Positions 1 through 8,376 of a DNA stretch of 64,000 nt are shown in pieces. The position numbers and the translations under genes are program-made. Numbering within the stretch: position 1 is the stretch's first letter; every line of letters begins with the position of its first letter. This stretch comes from Candidatus Odinarchaeota archaeon. GTDB lineage: Archaea > Asgardarchaeota > Odinarchaeia > Odinarchaeales > Odinarchaeaceae. The notes beneath the pieces were generated by a model. That model ran no database searches, was not told where the DNA came from, and saw nothing but the letters and a program-made list of their open reading frames with translations. The stretch is from assembly GCA_016839265.1 (NCBI GenBank), contig JAEOUO010000002.1:68778-132777 (forward strand). The letters are read 5' to 3'.

Positions 1-338
1 GCTATAAGTTCTCTCGTTTTATCTGCTATGTTCATGATCTTTTCTTTCACATCGTTTAATATTATTAGCTGGTTCAATTTTTCTCCTCCTCACATTGGTG
101 TGAATAGCCTTTTTTTATTCCTTTTTAAACACTTCTACTCATTTAAAAAATTATTATAAAATAAGCTTTAAGTTATCTATAAAGTTTTTCTTCTATCTTA
201 ATAGGTTTTTTTATTATTAAAAAAGCTTTTAATCGTTTTATTTGAATTAAATATCTTTTTTATCGTTTTATTCTATACCATATTGGACTCTTAGCATAAT
301 GTTTATATCGAACAATTGCACAATTTTAATTATAATTA

Positions 339-1961
339 TTGTGTTTTTTTTCAGGTGAATTTTTTATGCTGAAAGCGGATTCCCTGTCGATTATCGAAAC
401 AACAATTAACGGCTACCTTGATAAAGAGAATATTTGGGCTGAATTTTTAGATTCCCCAGTTATTTTTAATATGGAGCAGGCTCAATTAGCGCGTAGAATA
501 TTTAAAAAATATGTTTCAAAAATAATTCCTGAGAGTATAATAGAAGATCTTGAATATCTTTTACTCTACAAATTATCTGATGCTACTTTCAGACAAAAAT
601 TATTGAAAGAATGGTGTGAGAAGAAAAATTCAGATGTAGAAGACGCTACTAAAATAACATACGAGTTTGAAGACGGATCCTGTTATAGAGCTGTTTACGA
701 TCTTATTCTTTACGATAAAATGACTAGTGGCTTGTTTCTCCCCACTATTTTAGAAAACTTGAAAAAATTGGAAAAATATAATTATACTCTTAATCTAAAA
801 GATGCATGTCACTATATTCGACTCCACTCACTTTTAACTTATATTGTTGAATTAGATACGACTGATATTAAAATCATAGAGTTACTGAGCAAGGACCCTC
901 TTATCTCAAATAATGATGCTGCTATTAGACTCGGATTATCTAGAAACACTTTCTCAAACCGTGTAATAAGACTTCAGAAACGTGGTTGTATCTTCTTTAA
1001 CGGTAGGATAAATCTTGAAAAACTTGGTTTAAAAATTTTAACGATTATGACTGATCAAATCCTACCTAAACTTCCTTACATGAGAATTGTACAGGAATTG
1101 AGAGGCGGTTCAACATTCTACCTTTATTCGTTTAATATTCCTGAAGAATTTTTAGTCGCATTCATTGAATTGGTTAAACCTTATATTCGAAACGCTGAAT
1201 ACTGGATTGATGAAGGACCTGGGCGTCACTCTCTCTCATTACGAAATTCTTACGACACTGTTAATAAAAAATGGGCTTTTAACTGGGAGAATTGGGCACT
1301 ATGGGTAAGAAAGGTTTTAGACGAATCATGGCATACGCTTTATGTTTCAGGTGACGTTGAAGAAGCCGGTTTAGAGGAGACTTATGAAGTAGGGAAATTA
1401 GATTATGATCTACTAGATTTAGAGTTATTAAATCAATTAAGCTATGATTTCAAACAACCTATACGTGATATTTCACTTAAACTAAAGGTGTCACCGACTA
1501 CTGTTTATGATAGAAAGACACGTTTAATTTCAAAAGGTGTTGTTAAACCAATTTTATTTGTGGAAAATATAGGATTAGACGAACATGTATTTATTAAAAT
1601 TAAAGGATCTGATAAAATCATAAACTCTGTTGAATCTGGTTTATTAGATCTACCGAGCGTCTACATTTTTCGAGTTAGAAATTTAAGAGGTGAAACAGCG
1701 CTTAACGCTTATCTTTTTCTACCTAAAGGTAGTCTTGTAATGGTTGATTACACGCTTAAAAACTATTTAGAAGATATAGGTGAAGAAGTTGATTTCAAAC
1801 TTTTCTATAGGCTTAAACAAAACTACCTCTCTCAAGGGCTCCCATTCACTTTCGAAAATACTTATTTATATAAAGAGAACTTTAAAAAATGGGTTTTTCC
1901 GCAAAAAACTATTATTAAAATATTAAAAGAAAGTGGTGAACTCCATTTCAGCGGAGTCTAA
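339..1961 (+). CDS. Large putative transcription regulator with two Lrp/AsnC-type helix-turn-helix modules
   Basis: Two segments match the Lrp/AsnC N-terminal HTH pattern (IKIIELLSKDPLISNNDAAIRLGLSRNTFSNRVIRLQKRG and LLNQLSYDFKQPIRDISLKLKVSPTTVYDRKTRLISKG). The N-terminal ~170 aa are unassigned. The true start may be the internal Met at residue 10. Confidence 0.4.
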   Translation: MCFFSGEFFMLKADSLSIIETTINGYLDKENIWAEFLDSPVIFNMEQAQLARRIFKKYVSKIIPESIIEDLEYLLLYKLSDATFRQKLLKEWCEKKNSDVEDATKITYEFEDGSCYRAVYDLILYDKMTSGLFLPTILENLKKLEKYNYTLNLKDACHYIRLHSLLTYIVELDTTDIKIIELLSKDPLISNNDAAIRLGLSRNTFSNRVIRLQKRGCIFFNGRINLEKLGLKILTIMTDQILPKLPYMRIVQELRGGSTFYLYSFNIPEEFLVAFIELVKPYIRNAEYWIDEGPGRHSLSLRNSYDTVNKKWAFNWENWALWVRKVLDESWHTLYVSGDVEEAGLEETYEVGKLDYDLLDLELLNQLSYDFKQPIRDISLKLKVSPTTVYDRKTRLISKGVVKPILFVENIGLDEHVFIKIKGSDKIINSVESGLLDLPSVYIFRVRNLRGETALNAYLFLPKGSLVMVDYTLKNYLEDIGEEVDFKLFYRLKQNYLSQGLPFTFENTYLYKENFKKWVFPQKTIIKILKESGELHFSGV

Positions 1962-2169
1962 TCATACATTTATTTTGAGTAACATACACGTGTACTGGTC
2001 TACTGTATTTCTCCTCTAGGTAACGGGCTACTTTTTTAAGCTGATCTGATAACTTGAATCTTCTAAAATCTGGTATATACGCTTCAACCCAGTCGCTTGT
2101 ATACTCTTTTATGACTATCCCGCTTGAAATAAGCTCTTTTAATTCGTTGAGATCACTGTACAAACTCAT
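1948..2169 (-). CDS. Hypothetical small protein (73 aa)
   Basis: ORF preceded on the minus strand by a strong AAGGAGGG ribosome-binding site a few nt before the ATG. It is last in a minus-strand run of three unknown genes. No recognisable motif. Confidence 0.35.
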   Translation of the reverse strand: MSLYSDLNELKELISSGIVIKEYTSDWVEAYIPDFRRFKLSDQLKKVARYLEEKYSRPVHVYVTQNKCMIRLR

Positions 2170-2373
2170 ATATTACCCTCCTTTTTATCTCGGCCATCCG
2201 ATAGGCACCATTTAACTTTTCCCTCCCTCTTTTTTTTTAATATTAAAATATAGACTTTTATTTAAAAATTTAACTATCTACTATAACAAATAATTAATTA
2301 GTTAACTAATAGACGAAATGTTAATTTAACAACTAAAAGTTAACTTAGAAGAAAAAAAAGAAAAAAAGAAAAA

Positions 2374-2880
2374 TTAGAGAATTTTGTCTAAAGCTTTCAC
2401 AGCATAGTCTAGTTCGTCGCTTAACCGTGTTAAATGGTATACTTTACTTGTTAAATGCGTACTATTCAAGAAGAGTTCTAAGTGTTTTTTAATGGTTGCG
2501 GCTATATTCCCGAATAATTCACGGGCAGCATCAGAGTCGTTTGTTTCTTCAGGGGAAGCTATAGATCTCTGCTCTAAAGCTTCGATAGCTATAAGTATTC
2601 TTTTTATATGTGTTTCTTTAACACTTTCCAGACTGATGAGCTTCCCATTGCTATCTTTCAGAACCCCTGAAATCTGGTTTCTAACAAAGTTTATGAACGC
2701 TGGGAGCTTATGACCTATGAATATAACTTCTAGTTTATTTTTATTTTCGACTAGAACCACCGGGCCCTTAGGGAAATTCAGAGAGTTTGGTATTAGAAGT
2801 CCCTTACTCCCACCCCAGTCTCTGATTCTGCTTTTAAAACACTGGTTCAATACTCTACTCTTATTCGAACTGTAAACCAT
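2374..2880 (-). CDS. Hypothetical protein (168 aa), function unknown
   Basis: ORF with a GGGAGGGAGTGA ribosome-binding site directly upstream of the ATG. It has a mixed beta then long C-terminal helix arrangement and no diagnostic motif. It is co-directional with the 299-aa gene upstream. Confidence 0.4.
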   Translation of the reverse strand: MVYSSNKSRVLNQCFKSRIRDWGGSKGLLIPNSLNFPKGPVVLVENKNKLEVIFIGHKLPAFINFVRNQISGVLKDSNGKLISLESVKETHIKRILIAIEALEQRSIASPEETNDSDAARELFGNIAATIKKHLELFLNSTHLTSKVYHLTRLSDELDYAVKALDKIL

Positions 2881-3006
2881 TCACTCCCTCCCTTAGCTTG
2901 CACCCTCTCAACCCCCCATTTTAATTAAATATATTAAAGTGGTTTCTTAATAAATTTACGCTTAAACCTTTAAAAATAAGTTTATGAGTATTAGAAAATC
3001 TTTAAA

Positions 3007-3906
3007 TTAATTTTCAACGCGAATTAAATCTTTTCCAGCATTTTTAACAAATTCTAGTAGTTTATTATAATCTCTGAAGCGTATTTTTCCTTCTACGCTT
3101 AAATATAAGTCTCTTGTTTGTATTTCACTCCAACTTCCAAGTTTACTTAAATCAATCTCCTGTCGTCTATTAAGCTCCGTTAATCCTTTTCCAACATTAC
3201 TTCCATGGAAAACTATTTTTTCAATACCCGCGGTGCCGCTTATTTCTCTTGAACATGTTAGGCTCGCTGTTAATACTTCTTCATGGCTTGAAACAAACTC
3301 TTTTATCACGTAAGCGGGGAAGAGAATTTTATATAATCTTATATTATAATTCTTAATTTCATCTAAAATTTCACTGTTTTCTTTAAAACTGTTCTTTATA
3401 ACAGCTACCGCTTGTTTACCATCTAAAAACCCGATCATATTTTTGCAAGCTTCTTGAATAGTTGATTTAACGTTTAACTTTTCAATGTTAAATAAATAAT
3501 ATACGCCAGATTTCAGCGGTTTCTCGATCCATAGGTAAATTTTACCCTGATTTCTTAAATAATCTTGATTAAGCTTCAAACTGTAGTTTCCAGCTGCCTG
3601 TTCAATTTTGTAGAGTATCCACTCCTCCTCCCAGAAAATATTCTCAAAATTTAAAACTTTTTGTAAACCTAAATATAAGCTGATTAATCTAGGAAGCTTC
3701 TTATGGTCTAAGCCTGCTGCAAGTATTTCTTTTAGTTTAGAGCCTGTTAACCCTAGATACTTATAAAATTCTGTAAGTTCACTTTGACTGTACTGTTTCA
3801 ATAATTTTATAAGCGGTGTTCTATCCGTCGAAGTTAAAACGTTCACTTTTTTCATAACTGTTCTTCCTAATTCTTGATAATTAAAAATATTTAATATTAC
3901 CTCCAA
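3007..3906 (-). CDS. Hypothetical protein (299 aa), divergent from the small GTPase gene
   Basis: Long ORF with an archaeal TATA-like region in the shared divergent intergenic space. No recognisable catalytic motif. Confidence 0.45.
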   Translation of the reverse strand: MEVILNIFNYQELGRTVMKKVNVLTSTDRTPLIKLLKQYSQSELTEFYKYLGLTGSKLKEILAAGLDHKKLPRLISLYLGLQKVLNFENIFWEEEWILYKIEQAAGNYSLKLNQDYLRNQGKIYLWIEKPLKSGVYYLFNIEKLNVKSTIQEACKNMIGFLDGKQAVAVIKNSFKENSEILDEIKNYNIRLYKILFPAYVIKEFVSSHEEVLTASLTCSREISGTAGIEKIVFHGSNVGKGLTELNRRQEIDLSKLGSWSEIQTRDLYLSVEGKIRFRDYNKLLEFVKNAGKDLIRVEN

Positions 3907-3954
3907 CTATATAAGCTATTATAAAAATTTGAATAGTTAATTAGAGGTTTTAGA

Positions 3955-4509
3955 TTGAATCACACATATAGCTTTAAAATTCTTTTACTAGGGGACCCCG
4001 CGGTTGGTAAAACATCACTCATCCACAGATTTATTCAAAACAGTTTTAACAGCGATTATAAAGCAACTATAGGTGTTGATATCATGAGTAAAACACTTCA
4101 AATAAACGAGGTCACGGTGAAACTTTCATTATGGGATATTGCCGGACAGGATAAATTCCGACTTTTCAGAAATGTTTTTTACAGAGGCGCTTCAGCCGCC
4201 ATCATCGTGTTTGATTTAACAAGAATTTCTTCTTTTAACAATTTAAATAACTGGGTTAACGAGCTTCATATGTATGTTAATGTTAAAATACCTTTCATTA
4301 TTATAGGTAATAAATTAGACTTAGACTATATGAGAAATGTTGAGAGAGAGGCCGCTTTAAAATATTCTGAGGGATTAAGATCACCTTATTTAGAGACAAG
4401 CGCGAAAACAGGTAAAGGTGTAAACGAGTGTTTCACCGCTATTTCAAGACAGTTACTTAAAGAAGCTTTAACCTCTACCCGCCACTTTGAAAACACTATA
4501 TATAGTTAA
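3955..4509 (+). CDS. Ras-superfamily small GTPase (Rab/Ran-like)
   Basis: All five G-box motifs are present in canonical order: G1 GDPAVGKT, a switch-I Thr in YKATIGVD, G3 DIAGQ, G4 GNKLD, G5 ETSAK. It is 184 aa and apparently starts at TTG. Confidence 0.85.
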   Translation: MNHTYSFKILLLGDPAVGKTSLIHRFIQNSFNSDYKATIGVDIMSKTLQINEVTVKLSLWDIAGQDKFRLFRNVFYRGASAAIIVFDLTRISSFNNLNNWVNELHMYVNVKIPFIIIGNKLDLDYMRNVEREAALKYSEGLRSPYLETSAKTGKGVNECFTAISRQLLKEALTSTRHFENTIYS

Positions 4510-4562
4510 ATTAATATTTTTTAACATGTTATATTTATTTAAAAAGAATCGAGGAATCTATT

Positions 4563-5006
4563 TTGAAACTTGTAGAGTTGACTAGTAAAGTTGTAGATTG
4601 TCTCAAAAAATCATCTAAACCACTATCTGCAGTTGAAATCACCCGTAAAATAAATTTGCCTATTGAAAAGAAGAGACGGATTTACGATGTCTTAGACGTG
4701 TTAGAAGTTTTAAATATGATAAAAATCTCTAGACGCGGTAATGAAAAACTAGCTCAATGGTTTTCGGCGGAGAAAACTGTTTTAAAAGAGTCTTTAACTG
4801 TTGAGAAAAAATTGGAAGATAAACCTCACTGCGTGGTTAATGTTGATCTTGTTTTTCCCTCATCTGATTACAAGAATCTGAGTAATCAAACCTGGCAGGA
4901 AATGATGGTTAGGGATGTTAAAAGAAATATTAAAGGTTTATTAGATATAATTGTAAATGATATTAAATTAATGGAGGCTAAGAGAGTTTTAGCCACCAGT
5001 CAATGA
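4563..5006 (+). CDS. E2F/DP-like winged-helix DNA-binding protein
   Basis: The N-terminal ~65 aa align with the E2F/DP DNA-binding winged helix. LTSKVVDCLKKSSK..LSAVEITRKINLPIEKKRRIYDVLDVLEVLNMIKISRRGNEKLAQW matches the E2F pattern LtTKFvsLL...vLdL..aA..L.v.qKRRIYDItNVLEGIgLIeK.sKN.iqW, including the RRxYD recognition-helix signature. It apparently starts at TTG with a GAGGAA ribosome-binding site. It lies 53 nt downstream of the GTPase on the same strand. Confidence 0.55.
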   Translation: MKLVELTSKVVDCLKKSSKPLSAVEITRKINLPIEKKRRIYDVLDVLEVLNMIKISRRGNEKLAQWFSAEKTVLKESLTVEKKLEDKPHCVVNVDLVFPSSDYKNLSNQTWQEMMVRDVKRNIKGLLDIIVNDIKLMEAKRVLATSQ

Positions 5007-5011
5007 AAAAA

Positions 5012-5386
5012 CTAGCTTTTATCATCTGCTAATATTTTGGATATATCAGTTTCCTCTTTTCCCCTTCTCTTAATTTTAATTTCAGGTCCGCGTCCTTCTA
5101 TTCTTCTTTCTAAAAGCATTATATCTGTCTTAGATATTTTAGATTGAAGCCCATACTGGTTGACGATCATTATAAGTATATCCTCTATCTGCGCTGCTAC
5201 CGCTGGTTTTAACTTATATATTTCGTTAAGATAGTTTAACGCGTCTTCTTCGCAGATCAATCTGAAGAATTTATCTTTCTCATGTTTCAGCTTCTCCCGG
5301 TATTCTTTTAATTTAACCTGTTCATTGATTTTTTGAATCATTTCTTTCATTTTCTTAAGTCTTATACGCTCCAATTCATCCATCAC
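5012..5386 (-). CDS. PDCD5/TFAR19-family dsDNA-binding protein homologue
   Basis: Collinear similarity to PDCD5 across the whole protein. The N-terminus MMDELERIRLKKMKEMIQK matches MADEELEALRRQRLAELQAK. The central and C-terminal part ...LNYLNEIYKLKPAVAAQIEDILIMIVNQYGLQSKISKTDIMLLERRI...IKIKRRGK matches ...[44 protein letters not shown]...VKFNRRK. Confidence 0.7.
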   Translation of the reverse strand: MMDELERIRLKKMKEMIQKINEQVKLKEYREKLKHEKDKFFRLICEEDALNYLNEIYKLKPAVAAQIEDILIMIVNQYGLQSKISKTDIMLLERRIEGRGPEIKIKRRGKEETDISKILADDKS

Positions 5387-5663
5387 TGTTCACCCGTATT
5401 TAAACCATAAATAGCCGCGGTGAATATAAATATTCGCTTTACTTGAATTAGTAAAATAACTATCACCCTATTTAAAAAATATTGTACTCTAATATTTTTC
5501 TACAGGAAGAGTATTTTTAAGAAGCCGAGTGTTAAATAAATTTTCTCACGGTATTCTTACAATTTAGAGTACCGATTATTCACAGATTTACCTTTATTAT
5601 GAATAAGGTTACGGGTTTAGCGTTATAAGCCGGTTCCCTCTTTATGACTTAATTTATAAAATT

Positions 5664-5900
5664 TTATGTCGACGGTAAACTCTGAATTTTATATACTAAA
5701 CCGTTAGCTCTTTTTAACTCCGCGGCTAATCTAGCTGCTATAAATTTTTCTCTTACAGGCGCAGTATCTGGTATAGAAGTGTATACTACTCTTTTTTCTT
5801 GATCAAGAATGATTATACACGAGTTTTTATCAGCTTCAGCTACCGGCTTTAACTCCCCCTCTGTTGTCACGCAGTAAATTTGCTGAGTCATGTTAACCAC
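5664..5900 (-). CDS. Single gelsolin/villin-type domain protein (short)
   Basis: QQIYCVTTEGELKPVAE..NSCIIILDQEKRVVYTSIPDTAPVREKFIAARLAAEL follows the gelsolin-repeat pattern (LqIWRVe...LvPVP...GDaYILd....iy.W.G..ss.dEk.aAa.lA.eL). At 78 aa it is shorter than a typical 100-120 aa repeat, so the N-terminus may be mis-called. Confidence 0.45.
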   Translation of the reverse strand: MVNMTQQIYCVTTEGELKPVAEADKNSCIIILDQEKRVVYTSIPDTAPVREKFIAARLAAELKRANGLVYKIQSLPST

Positions 5901-6013
5901 ATTTTCGTAGTTTAACTACATATAACCATAAATAATATTTATACTTTTCTACATTTCTATAATATAAAAATATATAAATACAGTGTCTTAAAAAATAAAA
6001 GCTGGTAATCATT

Positions 6014-6610
6014 ATGAAATTTATTTTAACCGGTGTTCCAGGAGCTGGAAAATCTACTATTTGCAGTAAACTCGTTGAGAAAACCAGTGACATTCATATA
6101 GTTAATTATGGTGATATGATTTTTGAAGAAGCTAAAAAATTATACTCAAATATTATTCAAGCACGAGAAGACACGCGTAAACTTCCTAGAAAAAAATATA
6201 AAGATATACAGATTGAAGCGGCTAAAAAAATCAGTTTAATAGAAGGGAATGTGATAATAGACACGCATATGTCGCTTAAAACGCCCTACGGGTTTTACCC
6301 TGGATTAATCCCGGAAACACTTCATATAATTCAACCTGATGGGATAATTATTTTAGAGTTTAATCCAAAGGATGTCATTACTAGAAGGGAGAGAGACAGA
6401 GCTACCGGTAAACGGCTTACACGCGACAGGGAGAGTGAAGATGAAATAGTTCTACATCAACAAGTGAATCGAATGTACGCTATCAGCTACTCTGCTATAA
6501 ACCAGTGTTATATTAAAATAATAGATTTAACATGGCCTCAAGAATATGAGTTTCAACATACAGAGTTCGCTGCAGAAAAGATATTACAGCTTTTAAATTT
6601 TAGAATATAA
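6014..6610 (+). CDS. adk: Adenylate kinase, archaeal type
   Basis: N-terminal P-loop ILTGVPGAGKSTI is typical of archaeal AdkA. The 198-aa length fits. Confidence 0.8.
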   Translation: MKFILTGVPGAGKSTICSKLVEKTSDIHIVNYGDMIFEEAKKLYSNIIQAREDTRKLPRKKYKDIQIEAAKKISLIEGNVIIDTHMSLKTPYGFYPGLIPETLHIIQPDGIIILEFNPKDVITRRERDRATGKRLTRDRESEDEIVLHQQVNRMYAISYSAINQCYIKIIDLTWPQEYEFQHTEFAAEKILQLLNFRI

Positions 6611-6618
6611 TACAGGTT

Positions 6619-8187
6619 TTAGCTGGTAACTTTTTTGAGAAGTATATCCGGGCCAACATATTCTTTAACATACCCGTTTTGAATAGTGTTTTTCAGTTTA
6701 TCCCAGGCCTCCTCGTTTCTTACACAACCCGGGTCAGGCGCTTTAAGATTTTTGAAATAATTAAAAGACCGTGCTCTACAGCCACCGCAATAGTATCTAA
6801 ACTCGCAGCTACCGCAATTATCTTCTAGTATATCTTTATCTCTGCACTCTTTCAGAATCCGGTTATTAACCCATAAATCTTCGAAATCATCTCTGTAAAT
6901 GTTTCCAACTAAAACTTCTTTTTCATGTGGGAAGAAGACACATGGATATAAGTCGCCGTTCGGTTCTATGGCCATGTAGAAGCGGCCGGCACCGCATCCG
7001 CCTATGAAAGAAGCGAGGTTTTTAAGTTTTCCTGAAAATGATGGATTATAGAAGTGTGTGGGAACCACAACTTGATTACATTCTTCTCCGCTTAGAGAAA
7101 CACCCATCTCTCTCTCAGTTTGCTGTATTGCAACTCTCGCAAACTGGGGGGCGGTTGAAAGACAGTTAACTTTCACTTTTTTCTCCGCTAGGGAGCTCCA
7201 TAAAGTTGTTAAAAGTTCCTCTCTCTCCTGGGGTGTGAGATCCTGCTCTATAATGTCTACCCCTCTCCCTGTCGGCACGAAATTGTAAACCATAAACCAG
7301 TTCGCTCCCAAATCGTCAACAAATTTTATTAACTCAGGTATTTCCTTATAATTATAATGAGTGACTGTTGTAGCTACTTCTACGAATAAGCCTTCCGCTA
7401 CACAGTTTTTAATACCTTCAACTGTTTTATTAAACGCTCCTTTAACACCTCTAAATTCATCATGTGTTTTAGGGTCTAAACCGTCTAAACTTATCTGCGC
7501 GAATTCTAAACCCGCGTTTTTAAATTTTTTCACAACATCTCGATCCGCGAAAGTTAAAGCATTCGTAGCACAGGCTACATACATGCCACGGCGGTGAGCG
7601 TGTCTTATCAATTTTAATATATCCTTTCTTATAGTCGGTTCCCCGCCTGAAAAAGCCAGGATTATAACACCAGCATCCGCGAGTTTATCTATAACTTTTA
7701 TCGCCTGCTCGGTTGTTAATTCATCAGGATCAGCGACTCCTGCATTTTCATAGCAATGTTTACATTTAAGATTACATCTCCTAGTTACATTCCAGACGAC
7801 TTGAAAAGGCGCCCCTGGGACAAAAGGTTTCTGGACGCCGAATTGGGCGATTCCTTTTATAACATTAGCTAATCCTCTCCGCCAGTAAATATCTGAGAAT
7901 CTTTCTTTCAAATCTTGAGCGGTTACCCCGAATGAGGACCCCCCTAATTTAAGTATAGGTGTTAAGATTTTAGCTGCAATTTTACACCAAGGACAAGCTT
8001 TATCTCTCTGCCCTGTATAAATTTGTAACGCTACATCCAGCCGATTATCTTTATCAAATTTACAGTATTTAGAAATACCTTTAAGAATTCTTCTAACCAG
8101 AATATTCTCAGTTACACCTTTGAATACTTCTATCATCGAGCCTGTGTCCACTGTAGTTTTAACAGCTTGATTATCTTCCTCAACCAT
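6619..8187 (-). CDS. Radical SAM enzyme with a C-terminal SPASM domain and an N-terminal ~130-aa extension
   Basis: Radical SAM cluster motif CNLKCKHC. The Cys-rich C-terminus (CGAG...C, CRDKDILEDNCGSC, CGGCRARS) is typical of SPASM auxiliary clusters. A CPWC pair sits in the N-terminal extension. Confidence 0.8.
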   Translation of the reverse strand: MVEEDNQAVKTTVDTGSMIEVFKGVTENILVRRILKGISKYCKFDKDNRLDVALQIYTGQRDKACPWCKIAAKILTPILKLGGSSFGVTAQDLKERFSDIYWRRGLANVIKGIAQFGVQKPFVPGAPFQVVWNVTRRCNLKCKHCYENAGVADPDELTTEQAIKVIDKLADAGVIILAFSGGEPTIRKDILKLIRHAHRRGMYVACATNALTFADRDVVKKFKNAGLEFAQISLDGLDPKTHDEFRGVKGAFNKTVEGIKNCVAEGLFVEVATTVTHYNYKEIPELIKFVDDLGANWFMVYNFVPTGRGVDIIEQDLTPQEREELLTTLWSSLAEKKVKVNCLSTAPQFARVAIQQTEREMGVSLSGEECNQVVVPTHFYNPSFSGKLKNLASFIGGCGAGRFYMAIEPNGDLYPCVFFPHEKEVLVGNIYRDDFEDLWVNNRILKECRDKDILEDNCGSCEFRYYCGGCRARSFNYFKNLKAPDPGCVRNEEAWDKLKNTIQNGYVKEYVGPDILLKKVTS

Positions 8188-8376
8188 TCTATAACACCGT
8201 ATCTGAAAATTTAAAATTTCAAAACTTGATTATTCCCTTATAAGTTTAATTATAAAAAGATTATCTTATATTTCAACATATAAAAAGTATATAAATCCCG
8301 TTTAGTTAAACACCGAAATTATTTTTTTCAGTTAAATATTTAAACAGATATTAATCCTTTTAAAATAGGTGGAATT

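Noticed and set aside
2330-2373. Purine homopolymeric tract gaagaaaaaaaagaaaaaaagaaaaa downstream of the 168-aa gene
   Set aside because: It is a simple A/G-rich low-complexity run in a terminator-side intergenic region. It has no repeat-unit structure, nothing suggests CRISPR or a mobile element, and it is probably a T-tract terminator seen from the opposite strand.
2492-2713. Small ORFs from the six-frame track lying inside larger, well-supported genes on the opposite strand (also 7361-7597, 8469-8732, 8788-9006, 13836-14084, 16808-17099, 19178-19672, 20269-20493, 21648-22169, 24372-24572, 24811-25032, 27655-27837, 28277-28495, 30841-31110, 33438-33851, 36194-36385, 37098-37280, 42115-42312, 46581-47025, 50514-50711, 52789-52992, 56077-56274, 62408-63184)
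   Set aside because: Each is fully embedded antisense, or in an alternative frame, within a gene that has clear family motifs. They have low-complexity or hydrophobic compositions typical of spurious ORFs in AT-rich DNA, and none has motifs or ribosome-binding sites.
5893-6093. 66-aa minus-strand ORF spanning the adk promoter and start
   Set aside because: It runs antisense across the adk start codon and the AT-rich promoter, and its composition (Y/L/F-rich) reflects AT-rich DNA rather than a protein.
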